From Candidatus Magasanikiibacteriota bacterium (GTDB taxonomy: Bacteria > Patescibacteriota > Patescibacteriia > Magasanikbacterales > GWA2-37-8): a stretch of 64,000 nucleotides of DNA. Location of the stretch: assembly GCA_943359595.1 (NCBI GenBank), contig CALRIA010000002.1:10417-74416 (forward strand). Direction: 5' to 3'. The stretch's first letter is position 1. Every line of letters starts with the position of its first letter. Below are positions 58,106 to 64,000 of this stretch, one piece after another. The notes beneath the pieces were generated by a model that searched no databases, was not told the origin of the DNA, and was given only the letters and a program-made list of their open reading frames with translations. The position numbers and the translations under genes were made by a program.

Positions 58106-58567
58106 TTATTTAATAGCGATGATCTCGTAGACCTGTTTTCCAGCTGGGGTTATAACCTCGACTTTGTCTTTTACCTCGTGTCTTAGAAAGGCTTGGCCTA
58201 GTGGTGATTCATTGGAAATAAAGCCTTTGACTGGGTCTATTTCTTGCGGCCCAACGATTGTATAATCTTTGGTTTTCCCATTGACAATTACCGTTACAGT
58301 ACAGCCGATAGTTACCACATCATTATTTGCGCTTTTATGAATAATTTCAGCATTTTGTAATAGTTGTTCTAGATCTTTGACTCGTCCTTGTGTCCAAGAC
58401 ATATCTTCTCTGGCTTGATGATATTCAGCATTTTCTGACAAATCCCCTTGTTGCTTGGCTTCATCAATACGTCTGGCGATATCTGGGATGGTTTTATCGC
58501 GAATAGTTGCCAATTCAATCTTTAGATTTTTTAAACTAGCTTCTGTTAAATATTGTATATTTTGCAT
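58106..58567 (-). CDS. greA: Transcription elongation factor GreA
   Basis: N-terminal coiled-coil finger and C-terminal FKBP-like domain (…DLSENAEYHQARE…). Confidence 0.9.
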   Translation of the reverse strand: MQNIQYLTEASLKNLKIELATIRDKTIPDIARRIDEAKQQGDLSENAEYHQAREDMSWTQGRVKDLEQLLQNAEIIHKSANNDVVTIGCTVTVIVNGKTKDYTIVGPQEIDPVKGFISNESPLGQAFLRHEVKDKVEVITPAGKQVYEIIAIK

Positions 58568-58625
58568 ATAAAAAAATAAAATAAACTCGGAAGGAGTTTG
58601 TAAAACAATGATACCAGATTTAATA

Positions 58626-60605
58626 TTAATGTGTCAAATATTGTTTTCCCCACCAGCTCAAAAAATCTCGTGCTATCGGCATACTTACCACCGACCCTTG
58701 TCCACCTTCTTCGATTAAAACTGTAATTACGATTTGTGGATTTTCATATGGAGCAAAGGCGGTAAACCAGGCATGTTCGGGTTTGGTACTATTCCATTGA
58801 GCGGTACCTGTTTTGCCGGCTGATGTAAATGGTAAAGTTTGGAGTAACTTACAACTTCCGGTCAAAACACATTCACGCATTCCTTGACGAACAATGTCGA
58901 TAGTTTTGGATGAGACGACATTGGTGCTATTAGGTGGAAAAGAAAATTGTTCAACGTCAGTACCTTTGGATGAAACTTTCATGGCGACATGTGGTTTTAC
59001 TATTGTTCCACCGTTGGCAAAAGCCGCTGTCCAGACAGCCGCTTGAAGTGGAGTCACTAGCAAATCTCCCTGTCCAATAGATAGGTTATAAGTGTCGCCA
59101 ACATACCACGATTCACCCTTGTTAGTTTTTTTCCATTCTTTGCTTGGCAAAAATCCAGCTGATTCACTTGGTAAATCAATTCCAGTTTTTTTAGCCAAAT
59201 TAAATTTACGCATATATTCCAAAATTTTGTCTACTCCTAATCCAGTAAAATTGTCGTACCCGCCACCGATATAGTAAAAAAAAGTATTGACTGACCAAGC
59301 CAATGCCTTGGTCACATTGGTCGTGCCGTGTCCTCCTGCTTTCCAATCTTTGAAATACCATTTGCCTACATGTAAACCACCATTACTTAAAAATGTTTTG
59401 TTGACGTCAATAATATTTTCTTCCAATGCCGCGGCGGCTATAATTGGTTTGACGATAGAACCAGATGGAATATTTCCACTAATTGCTCTATTAAATAATG
59501 GCTTGTCTGGATTGTTAATATAATTTTGGTAGGCCTCTTGGGTGATTCCACTAGAAAAAAGATTATTATCAAAACTTGGCCAGCTTACGAGTGCAATAAT
59601 TTCACCATTTCTAGGGTCAAGTGCAATCGCTGAGATGCGGTGGTCACCTTTAGTGGCAACAAAGTTTTTTATTAGTTGTTCCAGTTTTTTTTGTGCTTCT
59701 AAATCGATAGTTAACCATAGATTCTTACCAGGAGTTGGCGGTTCTTCAGCTACTACATTTTGTTCTCTACCGCTAGAATTCACCTCGATTTTTTTTCGTC
59801 CATATATGCCACGGAGATTATTTTCATAGATTTTTTCTATACCAGATTTTCCAATATTGTCAGAGACTAGATATCCTTTAGAATGATTTTCTTCCAGCTC
59901 ATCATCGTTTAGTTTGCCTAAATATCCTAAAACATGAGATAGGGACATGGTACTGCTAGCTAAATTTTGATTATTAGAAAATATATAATTACGTTTGGTC
60001 CCACCTTCTATTAGTACTCCTGGCATTTGAGAACTTTCGATATATATTTTTAGTGAAGTGTCATAATCCAAATTATCTTTTAAGACTAGAGATTCGTAGC
60101 TATAATTTTTATATTTTAAAAGTAGATGTTGAATATAATCTTCGGTTACGTCAGATATAGATGCGAGTTTAAAAATTACTTCTTGTCTTTTATTTTTATC
60201 TATTGGTAAATCTTGAGGTATGATAGACAGGGAAAAATTTGGAACATTTTGCACTAGTTGTTTTCCGAAGCGATCAAAAATAATTCCTCTTTCAGCGATG
60301 ATTGGTCTAATTCGTATACGATTATTCTCGGCTAAATTATGGTAATAATCCCCTTTTAAAATTTGAGCATAAAAACTTCTCAATAGTATTATTATTAATC
60401 CTATTGATAAGATTAATATAAAAAATATTAAGCGTTTATTTAATATACTTTTGCCCAAATATTTACGTGTTCCGGCAACCGTGGCATGTTTGGAAGATAA
60501 ATTTTCTATATGGAGATTGTCTTCTACCCAATTATGTTTAAATTTACCATCTAATTTTTGCCAGTCACGATTGTCAGACTGGATTTCAAATAATTCCTCA
60601 CTCAT
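58626..60605 (-). CDS. mrdA: Penicillin-binding protein 2 (elongasome transpeptidase)
   Basis: N-terminal TM helix and dimerisation domain. Transpeptidase motifs SIVKP (SxxK), SxN and KTGTA. Located directly downstream of mreBCD. Confidence 0.85.
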   Translation of the reverse strand: MSEELFEIQSDNRDWQKLDGKFKHNWVEDNLHIENLSSKHATVAGTRKYLGKSILNKRLIFFILILSIGLIIILLRSFYAQILKGDYYHNLAENNRIRIRPIIAERGIIFDRFGKQLVQNVPNFSLSIIPQDLPIDKNKRQEVIFKLASISDVTEDYIQHLLLKYKNYSYESLVLKDNLDYDTSLKIYIESSQMPGVLIEGGTKRNYIFSNNQNLASSTMSLSHVLGYLGKLNDDELEENHSKGYLVSDNIGKSGIEKIYENNLRGIYGRKKIEVNSSGREQNVVAEEPPTPGKNLWLTIDLEAQKKLEQLIKNFVATKGDHRISAIALDPRNGEIIALVSWPSFDNNLFSSGITQEAYQNYINNPDKPLFNRAISGNIPSGSIVKPIIAAAALEENIIDVNKTFLSNGGLHVGKWYFKDWKAGGHGTTNVTKALAWSVNTFFYYIGGGYDNFTGLGVDKILEYMRKFNLAKKTGIDLPSESAGFLPSKEWKKTNKGESWYVGDTYNLSIGQGDLLVTPLQAAVWTAAFANGGTIVKPHVAMKVSSKGTDVEQFSFPPNSTNVVSSKTIDIVRQGMRECVLTGSCKLLQTLPFTSAGKTGTAQWNSTKPEHAWFTAFAPYENPQIVITVLIEEGGQGSVVSMPIARDFLSWWGKQYLTH

Positions 60606-61177
60606 ATAATTCGTGAAGTTTCCAATATATATTCTGGACGTAAACGTTTTATAAACAAAGAGGAAATTAAATAAAATAATGATAAAGTAATAGCTGTAAT
60701 CAAAGCTTCATTTAAGAAAATTTTAATTAACGCCAGTGGTATCACGGAAGAATTTTTTTGAATTAATGAATTGCAGTATATTAATAATATAAATAATATA
60801 CGATAAATAATCATTGTTATTAAGCCGGTAAAAAAAATAATTATTAAAGATCGGTTTGTAAAAACATTGAGCAATAGCCAGTTGGCTAACAAAAGAGCAG
60901 ATATTTGAGAGAAACTTTCTAGACCAAATGGTGAGGTATAAAATAATTCACACACTAGCAAGGTATATGTGGCTATTAAAATATATTGTTGTCGAGGATT
61001 AAAAACAATCAACCAAAGAAAAACAGTCATGACAATGTTTAGCAGGTTGATTGGTTGATGAAAAATCATGCGCCAAGATAGATGCAATAATATTAATAAA
61101 TTAGCTAAACAGAAAGCGGATATTTTTTTAATAATATTATTAAAATGCATATTATTGGGTTGACAATATTCCGACAA
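60602..61177 (-). CDS. mreD: Rod shape-determining protein MreD
   Basis: Small polytopic membrane protein in the conserved position between mreC and pbp2. Confidence 0.6.
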   Translation of the reverse strand: MSEYCQPNNMHFNNIIKKISAFCLANLLILLHLSWRMIFHQPINLLNIVMTVFLWLIVFNPRQQYILIATYTLLVCELFYTSPFGLESFSQISALLLANWLLLNVFTNRSLIIIFFTGLITMIIYRILFILLIYCNSLIQKNSSVIPLALIKIFLNEALITAITLSLFYLISSLFIKRLRPEYILETSRII

Positions 61178-61919
61178 AATTTATCTTTTCATAATCTACG
61201 GCTGGAGTGATAACTGCTTGTTGAAAAGGTTGATACGATTCATTCTCGATAACGGCTACTTTTCCGATAATTAAACCACGTGGCATTCCAAATTCCAAAC
61301 CGGAGGTAATAATTTCATCACCGGTAATAATATTTTCATTACGTGGTATAAAACTCATTTTTATACTCAATCCAAAACCTCCCTCGACTATTCCTAGACT
61401 ATGATCGGTATTTAAAATTGTGCCGGCAATTTTACTTTGATTATCGCTTAATACTCTGGCAAATGAAATATTTTCTTCCACTTTAATAATTTTCCCTACC
61501 AATATTCCATCACCGTAGATAACCGGCTGATCAATTTTTATATTGTCATTTGTTCCACGATTTAAAACGATGACTTGATCGGCTGTATCTAAGTTTTTGG
61601 CGACAATCTCTGCCGTTGCTAGAGTGGATGTACTATGTTTTTTAAAATTTAATTGATTTTTTAGATCAAAATTTTCTTGTTCAAGAATTTTATTTTTGAT
61701 TGTTATTTGGTCAGAACTGGATAGAGTGGCTATGTTCTGGCAAAGATCAGAATTGGAGATTTTTTGGATTTTAGTAGTGATTGGTTTTAAAACAAAAATT
61801 AAAGTATTTCTTAATTTATTTTCAAGAAAATTTAAGGCGCCTAAGTAATGAACAAAAATTATTAAAAAAAACATCCCTATCACCATTAAATAGGTTTTTT
61901 TTAACGAGTAATACCTCAT
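61152..61919 (-). CDS. mreC: Rod shape-determining protein MreC
   Basis: N-terminal TM helix, coiled-coil, then beta-rich domains (…GDGILVGKII…GLIIGKV…). Conserved position after mreB. Confidence 0.75.
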   Translation of the reverse strand: MRYYSLKKTYLMVIGMFFLIIFVHYLGALNFLENKLRNTLIFVLKPITTKIQKISNSDLCQNIATLSSSDQITIKNKILEQENFDLKNQLNFKKHSTSTLATAEIVAKNLDTADQVIVLNRGTNDNIKIDQPVIYGDGILVGKIIKVEENISFARVLSDNQSKIAGTILNTDHSLGIVEGGFGLSIKMSFIPRNENIITGDEIITSGLEFGMPRGLIIGKVAVIENESYQPFQQAVITPAVDYEKINFVGILSTQ

Positions 61920-61922
61920 AGT

Positions 61923-62969
61923 TTATGGTCTATGAAGTGGCGAATAGATAGCCACTTCTTTTAATAATTCTAAATCATCCAGCAACATTCCATTGCCGCG
62001 TACAACTGAAGTAAGTGGATCATCGGCGATTCTGACTGGGATCTCAGCAGCTCTGGCAATGAGACGATCAATTCCGCGCAAAAGAGCCCCACCGCCAGAA
62101 ATCAAAATTCCACGCTCATGAATATCTGCTACTAATTCTGGAGGTGAAGTTTCTAAAGTGGCTTTGACATTGTCTACAATCATTCTCAATGATTTGATTA
62201 TGGCTTCACGCACTTGAGAGTCATTGATCATTATTTCTTTTGGTAATCCAGTCAGTAGATCGCGACCACGCATTGGATACTGAAGTGCTTCTGAGAGTTC
62301 TATGGCTGAACCAATTTTCATTTTTATATCTTCCGCTTGACGTTCGCCTAATAATAAATTGAATTCATCACGGGCATATTGGACAATATTTCGATTCAAT
62401 TCGTCGCCCGCAATTTTGATTGATTTCCAACTCACTACACCGCTAAGTGATATTAAAGCGATTTCAGAAGTACCACCGCCAATTTCAACAATAAGATTGC
62501 CGACCGGTTCACGCACTGGCATACGAGCGCCGATAGCCGCCGCCATAGGTTCTTCTACAACCCATACTTCTTTGGCTCCGGCATTGGTGGTAGCATCAGC
62601 CACTGCTTTTCTTTCTACCTCAGTAATTTCTAGAGGTACGCCGATTACAACTTTTGGGCGTGAAAGAAAATTCTTTTCATCTTCATTAATTTTATCCAAA
62701 AAATAGCGCAACATTTTTTCAGTCACTTCAAAATCAGAAATAATGCCACCAATTAGGGGGCGTGGAGTGATGATGTGAGGAGGGGTTTTACCAACCATTT
62801 CTTTGGCTTGGTTGCCGACAGCTAGAATTTGTTCTGTACGAGTATTTATAGCCACTACGCTTGGTTCGTTGATAACAATGCCGCGATTTTTTACATATAT
62901 CAAAGTATTGGCTGTTCCCAAGTCAATTCCAAGATCTTTCCTAAAACGATTGAATAGAGAATCAAACAT
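61923..62969 (-). CDS. mreB: Rod shape-determining actin homolog MreB
   Basis: MFDSLFNRFRKDLGIDLGTANTLIYVKNRGIVINEPSVVA aligns with the E. coli MreB N-terminus. The ORF-track start at 63002 is an upstream extension. Confidence 0.9.
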   Translation of the reverse strand: MFDSLFNRFRKDLGIDLGTANTLIYVKNRGIVINEPSVVAINTRTEQILAVGNQAKEMVGKTPPHIITPRPLIGGIISDFEVTEKMLRYFLDKINEDEKNFLSRPKVVIGVPLEITEVERKAVADATTNAGAKEVWVVEEPMAAAIGARMPVREPVGNLIVEIGGGTSEIALISLSGVVSWKSIKIAGDELNRNIVQYARDEFNLLLGERQAEDIKMKIGSAIELSEALQYPMRGRDLLTGLPKEIMINDSQVREAIIKSLRMIVDNVKATLETSPPELVADIHERGILISGGGALLRGIDRLIARAAEIPVRIADDPLTSVVRGNGMLLDDLELLKEVAIYSPLHRP

Positions 62970-63360
62970 AATCACGATTGTTGTATTTGCGTCCGGTAAC
63001 AATGGCTCCTTCTAACACTATGTAGAGCAAAGCCAATAAAATAGCGTTCCACCAAAATAACAGATTAAATTGCAAAAGCAGCAATGATAGAATCACGAAT
63101 GCTCCAAATAAAATCCCTTGCTTAAAAGTTCTTTTAACTTGACGAAAAATTATTTCATCTTTGTCGGTTTTTTGTTTTTTTAAAAGCAGTCCAATTACTG
63201 AGAAAATTCCTACTGTTCCCAAAAATAAACTGGTATAGAAAAATAAAAACCCAATCAAGCCAGCTTGCTCTGGGGAGATATTTAACAAAATGAATAACCA
63301 GGCTACCCAGCACATGATAGTGCCGGTGGCCATTAACAGTAGATATTGTTTGAGGGTCAT
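62962..63360 (-). CDS. Hypothetical membrane protein (3-4 TM)
   Basis: Hydrophobic profile only. Confidence 0.35.
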   Translation of the reverse strand: MTLKQYLLLMATGTIMCWVAWLFILLNISPEQAGLIGFLFFYTSLFLGTVGIFSVIGLLLKKQKTDKDEIIFRQVKRTFKQGILFGAFVILSLLLLQFNLLFWWNAILLALLYIVLEGAIVTGRKYNNRDYV

Positions 63361-63417
63361 AACTTATTAAGTATAAACTAAAAAAAAAGGTTTGACAAGC
63401 AATTTTTTTTGGCTAAT

Positions 63418-63711
63418 TTAAGATAAATACCTTATATTTTGTACCATCGAACTACCACATTTGGCGTTCACTTTAGCCAATAGCTCCGCTTCTCTCATTC
63501 TTAGCTCTTGAGCCATAATTGAGCTTAGACAAGCAATGACCAGATTTCCATTTTTAATATATACAGCTTTGGCTAGTTTTTTGCCATTTTCTCCCCAATA
63601 TTCTTCAATAAAAATATTGGCCATGTCCACCGCGGCCGCCGATAAGACACCTTGCATAAAAGCGGATTTTCTTCCTTTAGATTTTAGGATGTCACCCATT
63701 GATTTCATCAT
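63418..63711 (-). CDS. DUF721/DciA-like small protein
   Basis: 97 aa. LGDILKS...AAVDMANIFIEEYWGENGKKLAKAVYIKNGNLVIACLSSIMAQEL matches the DciA-family pattern. Confidence 0.5.
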   Translation of the reverse strand: MMKSMGDILKSKGRKSAFMQGVLSAAAVDMANIFIEEYWGENGKKLAKAVYIKNGNLVIACLSSIMAQELRMREAELLAKVNAKCGSSMVQNIRYLS

Positions 63712-64000
63712 ATGCGAAAGTCACAAATATCTCTAAAGTCACAATGTTTACAATTTTCAATACTTGGTTTTGGAGTAAAATTTTGTTTTTTTATTTCGGA
63801 GATTGTTTCGATCAATTTCTCTTTTTCCTTTTCAATCTCTTTGTCGCTACCTTTGAAAGCGATTGAGCTGTTATCGGTAAGGAAATAATAACGCAATTCC
63901 CCCACCTCGCCCAATTCACGTAATTCCATCACACTTTCATTGGCGATTTGGTAAATCAATAGTTGGCGTTTATCATCTGGTTTTAATTTATCTTTTGGTT
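63708..64000 (-). CDS. Partial (5'-truncated at window edge) protein with a C-terminal Cys cluster, possibly a PD-(D/E)xK Cas4/RecB-type nuclease domain
   Basis: The frame is open to position 64000. The C-terminus ...NCKHCDFRDICDFRI (C-x2-C-x5-C) resembles the Fe-S Cys cluster of Cas4/AddB-type nucleases. Confidence 0.3.
   Translation of the reverse strand, partial: PKDKLKPDDKRQLLIYQIANESVMELRELGEVGELRYYFLTDNSSIAFKGSDKEIEKEKEKLIETISEIKKQNFTPKPSIENCKHCDFRDICDFRI

Noticed and set aside
1-64000. CRISPR arrays, rRNA genes
   Set aside because: No spaced direct repeats of 25-40 nt were seen. No 16S/23S/5S-like conserved stretches were recognised in any intergenic region. The largest non-coding gaps (10256-10620, 47932-48279, 49228-49575) contain only the features described.

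Overview
This 64-kb window is AT-rich (about 33-35% GC), gene-dense DNA that resembles a reduced Candidate-Phyla-Radiation/Patescibacteria-like genome: RpoA lacks its C-terminal domain, AlaRS lacks the C-Ala domain, and the ribosomal block runs infA-rpmJ-rpsM-rpsK-rpsD-rpoA-rplQ-rplM-rpsI. The most unusual content is in the first 12.5 kb. Positions 1-9455 hold a tightly packed plus-strand operon of seven paralogous genes; one is cut by the window edge and one is frameshifted. Each paralog has a diverged N-terminal domain of about 300-400 aa and a conserved C-terminal PEP-utilizing-enzyme 'swivel' phosphohistidine domain (motif GG-I/L-T-C/S-H-AAIVAREL, then PC-I/V-IGTKIAT). About 2 kb downstream (11445-12428) is a free-standing PEP-synthase/PPDK-type N-terminal ATP-grasp domain protein. 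Together they look like a split, multiplied PEP-synthase / rifampin-phosphotransferase-like phosphotransfer system. Three histidine-phosphatase-superfamily (PGAM/SixA-like) genes are interleaved with it. Two of them sit antisense inside sharply GC-rich islands (about 57-62% GC) that look horizontally acquired. Nearby are a duplicated zinc-ribbon small protein with an Arg/Gly-rich linker, an HD-domain hydrolase, and palindromic candidate operator sites. The rest of the window is housekeeping: mnmA, alaS, a ribosomal/rpoA block, a surface-glycan locus (flippase, GT4, GT2, Wzy/ligase-like), fmt-def-priA, clpB with a textbook CIRCE operator, a thiol/methionine-oxidation repair cluster (DipZ-like, msrB, msrA, bcp), an ABC exporter, gltX, an M23 peptidase and ddl. 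Next comes a small mobile remnant (XerC-like tyrosine recombinase plus an HNH nuclease fragment), then a long minus-strand string: ftsQ, alr, typA, serS, an rdgB-NUDIX fusion, a ribL-like gene, lysS with a C-terminal extension, greA, pbp2, mreDCB, a DciA-like protein and a partial nuclease. No rRNA, tRNA or CRISPR array was recognised.
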